This document shows positions 40,936-59,846 of a stretch of DNA of 64,000 nucleotides, piece after piece. This DNA comes from Octopus vulgaris. Lineage: Eukaryota. The DNA lies in assembly GCA_951406725.2 (NCBI GenBank), contig OX597828.1, forward strand, positions 42,346,001-42,410,000, given 5' to 3'. The notes beneath the pieces are model-generated. The model was not told where the DNA came from. It saw only the letters and a program-made list of their open reading frames with translations, and ran no database searches. Both the position numbers and the translations under genes were made by a program. Within the stretch, counting starts at the first letter, position 1. Every line of letters starts with the position of its first letter.

Positions 40936-41694
40936 TCACTCACTCACATACACACGTGCACGATTTCTTTTCTAGTTTTATTTCACGACCCCTTTAATGT
41001 GGTCAGGAAGCATAACACCCGCCTTTGTAACACATGTCTGCCAAGCTGATCTTCTTTCTGATAACTCGCGTATATACAATTTTTCTGATTTACTAACATC
41101 ACTAAAAAAATGCTATGGACGGAAGTTCACGTATGTATGCTGTTGCTTTCGTTAATAAAATTATTCTATTTTATATATAGTTTTATACATTCTTATATAT
41201 TTTTAAATAAATTTTCTGTGTATCTTTGTTTCCATTTAATTCTCTGCAAATATTTGCTCGTTGAGTGTTTTTCGTTGTGTATGTGTGTTCTTAGTGAAAT
41301 GGGTTTTTTTTTTCCTTTTTTGTACTACGCACCATTATGCTTTATATATTGTATATACATAAAAAGCAGAAACACATATTCATCCTCTAGGTTTTGGGGG
41401 TGGTTTTTTTGCGAGAAATAGACGCAAATGAATTCAGAATGTTATATTTTATGTTAATCCAAATGAAAGACAAAATTTTTATCAGCTTTCAACAGTAAAA
41501 TTTTTAATAAAATGAAAAATGAATCTTAAAACAAGAAACATTCATGAAATTTCAGAAACAAACTACCACAAAAGTTAGTTACTTTCTACATTAGTACACA
41601 CACAACATATTCATTCGTACATATATACATTCAAACGCGCGCACGCGCACGTATGCATATACATATAACATATAATTATATATGTAGGTATATA

Positions 41695-41885
41695 TGCCAT
41701 GATAGATCGTTAGCTACTACACGCATTTTTTTCTCTCCTTGTTTTTTTTCTGTGTATCTTTCTGTCGAAGAGCGTAGGCTCGAAACGTAAAAGACTTTTT
41801 CTATTCCTGAGCGCTATACTAATACATTTGTTTTTTTGTACTCCACCTCCCTTCGACTTTTGTTTATTTTCTTAAACTTTCCCTC
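41695..41885 (+). mobile_element. Short hammerhead-bearing element (sister subfamily)
   Basis: 41757-41794: TCTTT-CTGTCGA-A-GAGC-gtag-GCTC-GAAACGT-A-AAAGA (one core mismatch). Confidence 0.75.
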
Positions 41886-41905
41886 TATGTCTATATATAT
41901 ATATA

Positions 41906-42213
41906 TCACGTGATCACGTGACCGACCAAGCCATCAGATGTCGTTACACATCGCTGGTCACAATGCGCTTCGCATTGTTTTAGCCTCCAATGATGCCACC
42001 CCGCTGGCTAAGCGAGCAGGCCAACAGAAGAAAGAGTGAGAGAAAGTTGTGGTCAAAGAGTACAGCAGGAATCACCACCACCCCCTGCCGGAGCCTCGTG
42101 GAGCTTTAGGTATTTTCGCTCAATAAACACTCACAACACCCGGTCTGGGAATCGAAACGGCGATCCTACGACCGCGAGTCCGCTGCCCTAACCACTGGGC
42201 CATTGCGCCTCCA
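41906..42213 (-). mobile_element. SINE family C, full length
   Basis: Minus head gaggcgcaatggcccagtggttagggcagcggactcgcgg...gtttcgattccc; ends ggtcacgtgatcacgtgata. Confidence 0.9.
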
Positions 42214-43221
42214 CACACATATATATATATAGATGCATGCATATGTCTACCTACATACACATGTATGTGAATTTAGAGCTCACGTAGGCTATCGTCATTA
42301 ATTTTACTTTGAGTAAAGTAGTATGGCTACTACTTCACTGAGTAGTGGTGACCGGTTATGCTATACAGAGCAAATACAAGGAAAAGTATGATAATCAAAG
42401 GATACCGTTTATACTACATACCCACTGCAAAGGATGCAAATATTCACAATGGTGAAACGTACGTAGGGAACAAATGGTGTATACATACATTTTTCGGCAC
42501 TTGCTTTAATGAGGAAATACCTTTTCGTGGAAAAAAAATTGACCGTCTAACTCGAACGTTACATGTACAATCTGTAAGTGGAACACAAAAAATATGCAAG
42601 ACTTTTCTTAGTTTAAAATGTGACGTTGTTTTAGTAATCTACATTTCAATGATTTAGTTATATACATTGCGACTTTGTATCTTTGTTAGAAACCAGTTCC
42701 TTTCTCGGAGGAAGAATTTAAGTAGTTGAAAACAGAAGAAAACAGACATATATAAGAATGCATACACATAACATGTAACGGCAATAATCTCTGGATTTGG
42801 TGGACGGAAACTGAAAGAAGCCCGTCGTATACATACATTACATACATACGCATATACAAACGTACGTTTGTGTGTATGTTGTGTGTTTATGTGTATACAC
42901 ACACACATATAATTTGTATATGCACACACGCACTCAAACATGCACGCAAGCGCGCATACACACACATACACACGCATACACTCACGCATATACATACAAT
43001 CGCACGTATATGCTCATGTGCATACACACATACAGGCATATTCACACTCGAATGCACACATACGCGTACACACACACAAACACACACACATTATATGCTT
43101 CCTGCTCGAAAAATAACGAATTCAAAATAAAATGTTACATAAAATGCATTTATATGTATACAACCATCTTTTCTCTTCCGTCCCACCCACAGTCTCTCTG
43201 TTACACACACTATCTCTCTCA

Positions 43222-43273
<52 letters not shown>

Positions 43274-43314
43274 GTCTATCCATCCATCTATCTATGTATC
43301 TATCTATCTATATC

Positions 43315-43353
<39 letters not shown>

Positions 43354-43387
43354 TCTATCTATCTATCTATATATATATATATATCAG

Positions 43388-43664
<277 letters not shown>

Positions 43665-43811
43665 ATATATGTCTACATATATATCTATCTATATATCTGT
43701 CTTTCTATCTATCAATATATCTATCTTGCTAGCTATTTATCGCTCCATCGCTCGATTTATTTATGCATATATTTATATTCGGACATACACGTACACACAC
43801 ACACACACATA

Positions 43812-43860
<49 letters not shown>

Positions 43861-44047
43861 GCGTGAGTATATATATATGTGGGGGGACTGTTTGTGTTTG
43901 TGTATGTGTGTGTGTGTGTGCATATATACAATCGTGCCTGTGTGTGTGTGTTTGTACGAATGTGCATATGAATACACACACACACACACGCACGCACACA
44001 TACACATACACATACACATCTATGTACGTGTAGTGAAAGAATATTAG

Positions 44048-44102
<55 letters not shown>

Positions 44103-44227
44103 AAAAAGAGAGAGAGGTGAGAGAGTAAAATTAAGGGGTTTCCTGGTATTTAATTAAAATCTCAGAATAAAAACAATATTAACCACCACCAACGGCACCA
44201 CCACCATTATCGTCATTGTTATCTTTA

Positions 44228-44252
44228 GCATCACCATCACCATCACCACCAC

Positions 44253-44333
<81 letters not shown>

Positions 44334-44348
44334 CATCATCATCATCAT

Positions 44349-44393
<45 letters not shown>

Positions 44394-44417
44394 CATCATC
44401 ATCATCATCATCATCAT

Positions 44418-44455
<38 letters not shown>

Positions 44456-44457
44456 AT

Positions 44458-44492
<35 letters not shown>

Positions 44493-44507
44493 CATCATCA
44501 TCATCAT

Positions 44508-44538
<31 letters not shown>

Positions 44539-44539
44539 G

Positions 44540-44570
<31 letters not shown>

Positions 44571-44864
44571 CATCACCATCATCATTATCATCATCGTCAT
44601 CATCATCATCATCATCATCATCACCACCACTATGACCGACATCATGGACACTGTGCATCACCACAACCCTCACCTCCACCACCACTATCATCATCATCAT
44701 CATCATCATCACCACCACCACCACCATCACCATCATCATCATCATCACCACCACCACCATCATCACCACCACATCATCATCATCATCACCACAACATCAT
44801 CATCATCATCATCATCATCATCACCACAACATCATCATCATCATCATCATCATCATCACCACAA

Positions 44865-44896
<32 letters not shown>

Positions 44897-44899
44897 CCA

Positions 44900-44942
<43 letters not shown>

Positions 44943-44958
44943 GTCATCAGCATCATCA
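44228..44958. repeat. ~730 bp (CAT/CAC)n trinucleotide array
   Basis: Directly visible. Confidence 0.97.
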
Positions 44959-45727
44959 TATATAAAAGATTTTATTGTTTACTTTGTTTCAGTCATTAGA
45001 TTGCTGCCATGCTGGGGCAACACCTTGAAAAAAAAAGAAGAAAAAGAAAAAAAAAGAGAAAAGCAATATTAATATTCTTTCTCCAATTAAAGGCCAATCT
45101 TGTGTTAAGGTTGTTGTTGTTGTTGTTGTTGTTGTTTTTTTTGCATTTGTAAAAAACCCTTTATTCCAGGAAGATCTTGCTTGTTATTATTTCTAACGGG
45201 TTCAGCAACCACCAGACCCCATCGATCGAACGGACTAAATCAATAACAATACATCACTGTTTCGTATTCATTTTTCACATTTTATTTTCTATCGATCTTC
45301 TGCGATTACTTCTTCCTGGAATTATCTTTTACGCCAGAATCCGTAGGTACCCCCTCCCCTCCCAACCCAATCAAAAGGGCCCAGTCAGAAGCAAGGGTTT
45401 TTTTTTTTATTAGATTATCCAGTTGGATTCCCGGGCATGGCCAATGAAAATATGGATATTATCCAACCGTCTCCTTCTTGACCAACCGCTAAGTCTCCTA
45501 ACGGTTGGCTCAGATTGAAGAATCCGTCCTGCGGTTCTTCCCTGTGACCTTCTAATCACGCATCAGTAGTACCGATCGAACCTATGACATCCTCTCTATG
45601 CGGAGGTGTAGCGGCACAACCTGGAGAGGCATCCTGGCCTTCGAACTACGCATTCTAACGGATTTCTTTATGGATTTGTTTCATTTCCTTTGCTTTGTTT
45701 TTCGATTTTTAAAACGTTTTGTCCTCT

Positions 45728-45895
45728 AGGCGCAGGTGTCTCTGTGTGATAGGAAGCCTGCTTCTCAACCACATGGTTCCGAGTTCAGTCCCACTGCGTC
45801 GCACCCTGAGCAAATGTCTTCTACTATATACCCTCGGGTCAACCAAAGCCTTGTGAGTGGATTTCGTAGACGGAATCTGGAGGAAGCCCGTCGTA

Positions 45896-45931
<36 letters not shown>

Positions 45932-46040
45932 CTTCTTTCTGTCTGTGTTTATCCCTCCACCACCGATTATCAACCGGTGTTAGTGTATTTATGTCCCCGT
46001 AACTTATCGGAGACTGATAGATTAATTATCAGGCTTCAAA

Positions 46041-46108
<68 letters not shown>

Positions 46109-46136
46109 TGATGATGATGATGATGATAATGATAAA

Positions 46137-46200
<64 letters not shown>

Positions 46201-46295
46201 GTAATTATAGTAACTACAGGGGGCCGATATGTTTAACTAAAATTCTCCAAGACGGTGCCCCAGCTTGGCCGAAGTCTAGTGGCTGAAACCAATAA
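45728..46295 (+). mobile_element. SINE family A, diverged, with an (AAT)n expansion
   Basis: aggcgcaggtgtctctgtgtgat...gagttcagtccc...gtgcccagcttggcc-like tail. Confidence 0.8.
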
Positions 46296-46927
46296 AAAAA
46301 ATAGAAGACATCACATGACAAAAATCGAAGAATGTGTTGCTATCGCGGAAGATTAGGAACCACAAGATTTCGGATTGGGACAAGGATCGAACGTGAATCC
46401 CTAATATTAAGAGTCCAGACAAGCGTAGCTTTCCTGTCAGCGTCAAGTCACATTTCTTTGGCTCTGTGTTAAACAATCTATTATATACTGGACAGGGTGT
46501 GTGTGTTTGTATGTATGTATGTATGTATGTATGTATGTATGTATGTATGTATGTATGTATGTATGTATGTATGTATGTTATGTATGTATGTATGTATGTA
46601 TGTATGTATGTATATGTATATATATATATGTGTGTGTGTGTATGCCTGTCTGTATGTATGTGTGTATGTATGTATATGTGTATGTATGTGTGTGTCTGCG
46701 TGTATATGAGTGTTCGTGTGTGGTGTTTGTGTGTGTGTGACAGAGAGAGACTATAGATACTCCCCAACATACATATGTGTGTGTGCGTGGGTGTGTTTGT
46801 ATATGTGTGTATACATACATACGTGTGTGTGTATGTATATATATATGAAGAATATGCGTACACACGTATATATATATATAGATGGATACATTGATAGATA
46901 CATACATAGAGAGGATGAGAGATAGAT

Positions 46928-47166
<239 letters not shown>

Positions 47167-47183
47167 ATATATATATATATGTT

Positions 47184-47220
<37 letters not shown>

Positions 47221-47223
47221 GTA

Positions 47224-47301
<78 letters not shown>

Positions 47302-47320
47302 TGTAGGTATAGTTAGACTA

Positions 47321-47399
<79 letters not shown>

Positions 47400-47567
47400 T
47401 TATTTCACAATATTTGTATTCATTCAAAGCATTATGCGTGCATATCAGAGAATTGAAGCATCATTTCTACAAACTGCACACACACACACACACACACACA
47501 CCCAGGCACGCTCGCTCGCGCGTAGCCGCTCGGACAGTGCAAGAGAACACACACACACACACTCACA

Positions 47568-47600
<33 letters not shown>

Positions 47601-48067
47601 TTCTGCCAACCTCTCACTTGAAACCTGCACCTTAACTTTTACTGGTCTAACCTGCTTCAACCCGTTGTTACCCTATTCACCTTAGCCGCCATTTCTTTTG
47701 TCTCTCGATATCGCCTTATCACCACCACCACCACCACCGCTACTACTTTGACTGTGTCACTTATCCAGACATACACAGTGTGTATATATACGTATATATA
47801 TATATATACATATATATATATACATATATAAATATATATGTATGTATGTATGTGTATATATATATATATGTATATACATATATATATATATATACATATA
47901 TTTACATGTGTGTGTATATTTTATATATATTTATATATAGTTGCATATATATATATATATATAAATGTATGTATATATATATGTATGTATGTGTATATTT
48001 ATATATGTAATAAAACTCTCGACACGCCTGACCTCTCCGATCCAACACGCGTGCATCAGTGTGTGTG

Positions 48068-48118
<51 letters not shown>

Positions 48119-48144
48119 TTCTCCTCACTCACTCACTCTCTCTT

Positions 48145-48179
<35 letters not shown>

Positions 48180-48191
48180 CTGTGTGCATAT

Positions 48192-48281
<90 letters not shown>

Positions 48282-48637
48282 GTGTGTGTGTATATATGTA
48301 TATATATACACACACACACAGACACATATATAGATATATACATATACAATTTATAAGTTTGCACGTGCATAGATGAGCATATATATTTGTGTGTGTGTGT
48401 ATGAGCATATATTTATATATGTGTGTGTGTGTCTTTATACGAAGGATATCTACACTCAACTATACACTCACACACACACAGATATATATGCATGTTGTAT
48501 AGATATTTATACAAGAGTGTGTGTGTGTGTGTGCATGTTTATATGTATGTATGAATGGACTCACGCAATACACGAAAACGTAAATCAACATACCGTATCT
48601 CATCTACTTACACGCACACACACACACACACACACAC

Positions 48638-48995
48638 ATTTTCATACTTTCATATATATATACACACACACATGTCTTCATACTTTCATATATATATACA
48701 CACACACACACACACCTTCATACTTTCATATATATACACACACACACACCTTCATACTTTCATATATACACACACACACACACACCTTCATACTTTCATA
48801 TATATATACACACACATACACCTTCTTACTTTCATATATACACACGCACACACACATCTTCATACTTTCATATATATACACACACACACACATATCTTCA
48901 TACTTTCATATATACACACACACACACACATCTTCATACTTTCATATATATACACACACACACATATCTTCATACTTTCATATATATATACACAC
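48638..48995. repeat. ~30-35 bp minisatellite (~11 copies)
   Basis: Unit cttcatactttca(ta)n(ca)n. Confidence 0.9.
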
Positions 48996-49148
48996 ACACA
49001 CACATATCACACATATATGTATAAATATACACGCAAGTATATGCATGTGTATACACATATATGCATACATGCATGTATGTATGCATATATCAGTGTGTGT
49101 ATATATATATATATATAGTATGTCTCTCTCTCTCTCCCTATCTATCTA

Positions 49149-49197
<49 letters not shown>

Positions 49198-49737
49198 GTA
49201 CACACGTGTGTATATATATTCTACCACTTGTCCCCTTCTGTATTGCTCTCCTCTCCTCTTACTCTCCCTCTTGACCCTTCCTCCATTTCACCTCCTTTCC
49301 GCTTCGTCACACACACACACGCACTCATACACACACATACGCACACCCACACACATACACACAACCCTTTTTCCATCCGCCTCCCCCTTCGACTAACCAC
49401 TTTCCTCTTACCTCTACTCACCCCTTATTAACCATGCCCTCTTCCTAACCCCCCTCCCTTCGTTTTCATCATATGTCGTGTTCTGATACTCCTCCTCCTC
49501 CCTCTCCTAGTACCTCCCCCCCTCTACACCCTTTATTCCACCCCCCCTCTCCCACCGTCTTCCATTACCCCCGCTGACTTTATAACTCCCACTTCACCTC
49601 ACAGCACTCCACCACGACCTTCTGCCGTGTGCGTGTGTGCGCTCATATGTGTGTGTGTTGTCACTATATACATGTATATGCAATATATGTGTGTGTGTGT
49701 GCGCGAGCCTATGTGTATATGTGTAGGTCTGTATGCG

Positions 49738-49779
<42 letters not shown>

Positions 49780-49795
49780 TACATGACATCGTGTG

Positions 49796-49843
<48 letters not shown>

Positions 49844-50031
49844 ATAGATGGATGCATAGATATATACACACGTGCCATATCTAAGTGTATGTATATCTAT
49901 CAATCTATCTATCTATCCACCTAACTATCTATCTATATATGTATACATAAACTTAGTAACACTTACACACACTTTCTATACACTCTGTGTGTGTGTGTGT
50001 GTGTAAAACATAGTTCCACGTCCATACATAC

Positions 50032-50064
<33 letters not shown>

Positions 50065-52501
50065 TGTATGTATGTATGTTTGTGTGTCCGTGCGTGTAAC
50101 TGTAAATAAATGTCTACAAACGTATGTGTATATACGTGTGTGTGTATAAATGTTTACATATGTATGTATGTATATATATGCGTGTCTTTCTCAATGTATT
50201 CATATTTTTGTTAATATTAATGTGTGTGTGTATTTATATAAAGCGTATCTATGAATGTATACATATGTATCCGTCAGTATTAGACATATATACAATATAT
50301 GTGTGTGTGTGCTTATGTATTTGTACATGTGTGCGTGTGGTTGTGTCCCCCCCCTGCCTCGTGTATCTCTTTCGCTTTTTCTTTCTCTTCCTTTCCAACG
50401 TTAGGTGCTTCTGCTCCTCCTACTGCCACTCCTGCTGCTGGTCTGCCCTGCCCCCTCTCCCCCTCCGCTTCTTTTTTCTCTCACTCTCTGTCTCTCTCTC
50501 TTCTCCTCTCTTTTCCCTGCCCTCCTTCCTTGACTTTATAGCCTCCTCCCCTTTCACCTTTCCCCCCGTCGTCGTCTCTCTTTCACACACACACATATAC
50601 ACACAGCCATACACACACGCATACGCATATTTATATTTCCTCCTCCTCCTCCTCCTCCAGCTGCTGCCCCTCCTCTCGGTTCAATCCCCCCTCCCTTTCT
50701 CTACTTATATTCTTTTTCCTCTTCTTCCATTTCCTCTATCTTCTCCTCCTCCTCCTCCCTCTCCGTCGTGCTGCTACTGCTGTCGCCGTCGCCGTTGCCG
50801 TCGCCGTCTTCGTTTTTCCCTCTGACCGACCTTCTGCTCCTCATCCTGCTACACATCTCCCTCCCTCTTTCTCTCTCTCCTCTCCTCCTCCTGCTGCTGC
50901 CGTGGCTGTTCCCCTGACTGACCTTACACCCGTCAATCTCTCACTGCATATACTGCTAGTGTAGTGTTCACGACATAACAACCTTCCTTGCTGAACTTTG
51001 TCAGTGACGGGTGCTCGCAACATAAAACCACATTACTACTACACAGCCTGTGTGAGTGTGTGTATATATATATATATATATACATACATATATATATATG
51101 TGTCTGTCTGTGTGCATATGTGAGTAACAGAGAGAGAAACCGGACAGACAGACAGACGTGCATGTATGCATACGCACACACAGAAACACAACACAGTCAC
51201 TCTCTCTCGCTCTCTCTCTCACAACACATACACACACATACACATATATATACACAGACATACAGGGCACCGCCTCACTATAGCCGTGTAGCATATGTAT
51301 ATATACATATATTAGTATACAGAGATATAGATAGAAATATACGTGTGTGTACATGTAAATATATGCTGTTATACGTATGTGTATACACACACACATGCAC
51401 GTGTATATAAATAGATATATATTTTTTTGATATATACATACATACGGTATATGTAAGAGATTTTAAACAGCCCAAAACACAACACGACACATATACGAAC
51501 ATATATACACGTGCTTTTTCTCTCTCTTACTCGTATTATACATCAACCATAAATAGCATAACTATATAACCTGAAATATATATACATTATATATATATAC
51601 ATCATACACATCTATATTTTAATTTATTTGTTTTGTGTGTGTGTTGTGATGTTCATCTCGGAACACACATTGACTAATATAAACTCTATTACTCTAAAGC
51701 AGTTTGAACTCGCTCCAACAGTTGTATATATATATACATACATGTATAATAACATTGTTTTAATTTAATACATTTTCACTTAATATACATACATACTTAC
51801 AAACACATTTATTTTTATATCAGTACATATATAAAAGCTCATCTAAACATCAGTAATTCATTATTTTTAACCAGTATTTGAACAACATAAGCATACCCCA
51901 TCTGTCTATATCTGTATATATATATACATATATATATATACCTATACATACAAACATACACACACTAGCACGTATATGTCTATAGTTATATAGATAGAGA
52001 TCTATCTCTATACAATACATATTTATATTATATATACACATATATATATATGTATACATCTCATCACACATAATAATCTATTTCTGCCAAATTTGGTTCA
52101 CCAGTGGTTCTTGGACGAAATATTATTTACCAGGAAAAATTTCGACAAATTTTCTACGACACGGAATCAACAACAACCAAAGCGATTTTACGATATTAGG
52201 AAACGAAAATAACGTGTAAACTAAACAACATACAAACCAAAAAAACCATCACCAAAGGAAAAAAAATCAACCGAAGAAGGAATAAGTCGTGTATATTTAT
52301 ATTATATATATACATCGTTACATCAACTTGACGCGTGTTTAAATAACCTTGTGTTTTTCGCCCTGTATTAATTATATACGAGATATATTTTATATTTTAC
52401 CACACAATTTGGAGGATTCTACAATCTTTATTTACCAAATTAACTTCAAAGAACAACCAGATAAATATATATACATATATATATATTTTTTTTGTGCGAA
52501 G

Positions 52502-52539
<38 letters not shown>

Positions 52540-52939
52540 GCATGTTTCTTTCTTCGATGAATCCGGGTAGTTTATCGTTTTAATATATAAATCAACCATC
52601 CACCCACCCACATAAATACACACACATACATATATATTTATATATATACACACACACACACCTACATGTCAAATGTCTGTTTTAAATCACTTAAGAAAAA
52701 GCATCTATTGACAGTTATGTCGTAAATATTATATATACGCACACACACTCATATATATATATATACTGTAAAATATACATATATATATATATTTATATAT
52801 AGATATATAAATATATATATATATATATGCTCTTGTGTGTTTAGGTGGTATATAGGTGTTTATATACAGATATATATTATATATATATATATATATAGGT
52901 CTATGTATATGTGTGTATAGTATTTTTATCGACACCTAT

Positions 52940-54994
<2,055 letters not shown>

Positions 54995-55567
54995 TAAACA
55001 TTTCTATTTTTACAGGTGCTTTGTATGACAAAAAAAAAAAAAAAAAAAAATACAAAAAAAAATTACAAAAAACACAAACAAAAATGACTCACATGTAATA
55101 TACACACACACATATACACACACACACATACGCGTGTGCACTTTGTGCGTGTGTGTGTATGTATATATATATATATATATGTGTGTGTGTAAATGTATGT
55201 GTAAAATATATATACCCGTTCTTCATCCTGATGTAAACATTGTATATATATGTTCGTATTTATGATCAGGTACAAAATTATTTTGTATTTATACACACAC
55301 ACACACACATGCTTACATACACACAAGCAAACGGATGCTCTCGCACACACACACATACAACATACAGAAACACAAGCATATATATACATATATATATATA
55401 CACACACACATAAGTATGATCCGCGCGCGCGCGTGTTTGTATGGAAAAGAAGAACTTTACTCAAACATACTAAGTAAAAAAAAATTAAAAAAAGACAAAA
55501 CAAAAGCTAACGTGAAATGTATTTTCTTATGGAAATAACAGAATCTATATAAATATGGAATATACTT

Positions 55568-55598
<31 letters not shown>

Positions 55599-57123
55599 CA
55601 TTACATATGCATCTGTGTTTACATGACTTAATTCGTAACAGACACGCACTCTTCACACACGCAGTCTCTCTCTCACACACCGAAGCGCGCACAGAAACCA
55701 GTAAACATAGCAAATTTGAAATTCTAATTCCAAACATGTATTTATTTACACAGAAAGACGAAAAAAAAAAATTTTATATATAATTTGCCCTGCACACACA
55801 ATATAGGTAATAACAACAATATTACAATAATAATATATAATAATAATAAATCTCTGAACGAGGTATTATCAGTACAGTAACTGCACGACAATGTGAGGTA
55901 TATTTGCCATATATAACAATAGTAATAATAATTTGGCATTTTATATATAACACTATTTATAACAAAACAACAAGCATCGTAATAACATCATGATTATCCG
56001 AACTGAATTTGTAGGCCTAAGAATTGGTGGTCCTTTCGAAACACTTAGCTTCTCCCTGGTTTTCTGGCTGTCAGATTTTAATTTAAAACATCCTGCTCAA
56101 AGCAGACACGGGCATAGATTACACGCGTCCAAGTTCATTTTTTTTTTCCTATGAGACTGGCTTGTTTATTCTCAATATTATATACACCTTTTTTATGTGT
56201 AGATGCAGCGATGTAAATTTTAGCCGACAATCGCGATAAACACCCTCGTTGTTATTGTAGTCAAAAACCCTTTTTTTTTTGGGGTTTCTGTGGAGTATGT
56301 CAAATTTTAAACACCCTAAATTCTACACACGCGCACATGCAGAGATGTTTATGTATATATACATCACAAATATGTATATACACACACACACGCACACACA
56401 CATATATATATGATATGTATATATAATATATATATAGTACAAAGTAAGATAGGGGTTATGGGGGTAACCCACTATATAATTAATAAATAATATGAAATTG
56501 TAATATCTGTAAGTTGATGATCGAAATGAATTTGTTCCTCCATTTTCTTATTTGTATATATATGTATATATATATATGCATACACACAAGTGTATATACA
56601 TACACAAACATGCTTGTGTTCTGTGTATGTAAACTTCGGTTCCCCGATCAAGCGCGCACACTCCTGCAAACACACGTACACAGATATACAACCGCGCACA
56701 CGCACGCACGCACACACACACAAGCACACCCGTCTACGACTCCCTATACAGACCTATTCTGTATGTATGTGTATATACGGTAAATTTCAAAATCTCCCCT
56801 TTCTGTTGTTGTTGTTGTTGTTGTTGTTGTATATATATATTGTGTATTCTTGTCATGTGCAGTGCCAGCCAGCCGTCTGTCAATGTTTATTACTATACAG
56901 TGTTTACAGATTTTTTTTTGTTCTTCTTAAAAGATACAAAGACAAACAAGTCCATCTTTCCATTTCTAATTGCAAACAAAAAAGAACCCCCCCCCCAAAA
57001 AAAAATTGCTTAATATTTTCAATATAACTGATCTATTGAACAGTTATTGACTCTTAAACTGAAGTGCTTGGTGTTTTGGATTCATTGTCCCAGCACGGTT
57101 ATATATATACACAAATGCACATG

Positions 57124-57176
<53 letters not shown>

Positions 57177-57221
57177 AATACAATGTCATGTATATATAAT
57201 ATATACATATATACAAATGTA

Positions 57222-57252
<31 letters not shown>

Positions 57253-57519
57253 TATAAATAATATATATGTATATATAATATATACATATATATAATGTAA
57301 TATATATGTATATATAATATATACATATATATGTATATGTATATAATATACATGTAGTGTATGTATATATACATAGATAATGTATGTATATATGTATGAT
57401 TATATATATATGTATATATGTATGAATATATATATATATATATGTATGAATATATATATATATATGTATGAATATATATATATATATATATGTATATGTA
57501 TATATATGTGTATGTGTTT

Positions 57520-57720
57520 GTGTGTCTGTGTTTGTCCCTCTAGCATTGCTTGACAACCGATGCTGGTGTGTTTACGTCCCCGTAATCTAGCGGTTCGGCA
57601 AAAAAGATCGATAGAATAAGTACTGGGCTTACAAAAAGAATAAGTCCCGGGGTCGATTTGCTCGACTAAAGGCGGTGCTCCAGCATGGCCGCAGTGAAAT
57701 GACTGAAACAAGTAAAGAGT
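57520..57720 (+). mobile_element. SINE family A 3' half (intronic)
   Basis: gtgtttgtccctctagcattgcttgacaaccgatgctgg...gtgctccagcatggccgcagtgaaatgactgaaac. Confidence 0.9.
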
Positions 57721-57820
57721 ATACTTATATATATCTATATATGTGTGTGTGTATGTATGTAATGTATATGTAGTGTATGTATATAAGTATATGTAGTGTG
57801 TGTGCATATATGTATACATG

Positions 57821-57853
<33 letters not shown>

Positions 57854-58008
57854 TTATACATGTATATATAATTATGATTTTGAAGCAACTTCTAAATTGG
57901 CTAAATAAAATAGTCTTAATATTAGAGCATATACACCCTCCAAGTAAAAAAAGGTGGGTGGTTAATACATTATATATGTATATATATAATATATAATATA
58001 TAATATAT

Positions 58009-58385
58009 AGGCGCAGGAGTGGCTGTGTGGTAAGTAGCTTGCTTTCCAACCACATGGTTCCGGGTTCAGTCCCACTGCATGGCATCTTGGGCAAGTGTCT
58101 TCTGCTATAGCCTCGGGCCGACCAAAGCCTTGTGAGTGGATTTGGTAGACGGAAGCTGAAAGAAGCCCGTCGTATATATGTATATATATATGTGTCTGTG
58201 TTTGTCCCCCTAGCATTGTTTGACAACCGATGCTGGTGTGTTTACGTCCCCGTCATTTAGCGGTTCGGCAAAAGAGACCGATAGAATAAGTACTGGGCTT
58301 ACAAAAGAATAAGTTCCGGGGTCGAGTTGCTCGACTAAAAGGCGGTGCTCCAGCATGGCCGCAGTCAAAATGACTGAAACAAGGA
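58009..58385 (+). mobile_element. SINE family A, near-intact (intronic)
   Basis: aggcgcaggagtggctgtgtggtaag...ggttcagtccc...complete tail. Confidence 0.92.
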
Positions 58386-58632
58386 AAAAGAAAGAAAAAG
58401 AAAGAATATAATATATTCCAACCTCTCAGCCGCGCACACACACATGAATAATATATACATATGTATTTAATAATATACATATATTCATACAGATATCACT
58501 CATACGTATATATATTTACACACAATCTCACACGAATATAATAATATATACATGTATTAGTCTGAGCGGTGCCTCTCTGCTTACAGTGTTCTTGTATATA
58601 TAGGCGATTTTCTTGTCTATAATTGCTCATAA

Positions 58633-58693
<61 letters not shown>

Positions 58694-59087
58694 TATATAT
58701 ACACACACATGTATCTATATGTACATACATACATATATAAATGTTAAATGTTCATTTGTGTATATGTATGTATAATATATATACATATATGTACATGCAT
58801 TTATATGAATATATATTGTGTATATACACTTATACACACACACACACACATGAATTTATTCATACACATACACGTGTGTGCGTGTATATATATATGATAT
58901 ATACACGCACACACGTGTATGTGTATATGTATGTATAATATATATACGTATATGTACATGATGCATTTATATGAATATATATTGTGTATATATATATAAT
59001 ATATACACGCACACACGTGTATGTGTATATATACATACATATTCATATACAACAAGTATGCACATGTATATATGACTGTGTGTGTGA

Positions 59088-59205
59088 AAAGGCGGTGCGC
59101 TGGAAAGAAATACTTAAGGGACATTTCTTCGGACTCGTACGTAGCGAGTTCGAATTTTGCGGGAATCGAATATGCCCCTCATCCTTTCGGGGTCGATAAA
59201 ATAAA
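59088..59205 (+). mobile_element. SINE family B, diverged monomer
   Basis: aaggcggtgcgctggaaagaa...gagttcgaatttt...catcctttcggggtcgataaa. Confidence 0.65.
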
Positions 59206-59294
59206 ATTTTCAGCTCTGTGCAAATGTTGTGGTCGAACTTGCTGGCACTGGGCCTTGTGCCAACATTTGATGCCGATATATATATATAGATAGA

Positions 59295-59334
<40 letters not shown>

Positions 59335-59392
59335 TGCATGGCCACAGCTCGTGAGCTGAAACTAGATGAAATAAAATATAATAAATATATAT

Positions 59393-59508
59393 AGGGAGAA
59401 TTCACAGAAAAAAATAAAAAAAAAAAAAAGACGAAGACAGGTGATATAGACAACAAACAGATGTATTAGTTTAACGCTCGGGAAATGAAAAAGTCTTTAA
59501 CGTTTCGC
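59393..59508 (-). mobile_element. 3' part of a hammerhead-bearing element
   Basis: Minus cgaaacgttaaagactttttcatttcccgagcgttaaactaatacat matches 41781-41885. Confidence 0.7.
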
Positions 59509-59528
59509 TCCTCATACACACCCACTTA

Positions 59529-59562
<34 letters not shown>

Positions 59563-59593
59563 ATATATATATACCATATATATATATGATATA

Positions 59594-59651
<58 letters not shown>

Positions 59652-59815
59652 ATATATATATGTGTGTAAACATAAACCATATATTTATAGATATATATAT
59701 ATATATATATATACGTAAACATAAACCATATATTTATAGATATATATATATTTATGTAAACATAAACCTATATATATATATATATATATATATATTGTAT
59801 ATGAATTATATGGTT

Positions 59816-59846
<31 letters not shown>

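Noticed and set aside
44154-45072. Poly-Asp/Met/His ORFs
   Set aside because: Translation of a (CAT)n array open in several frames on both strands; no splice or domain context.
45420-45660. Possible decayed RTE-like LINE fragment
   Set aside because: Only a faint RRPG-like motif among stops; not enough to support a call.
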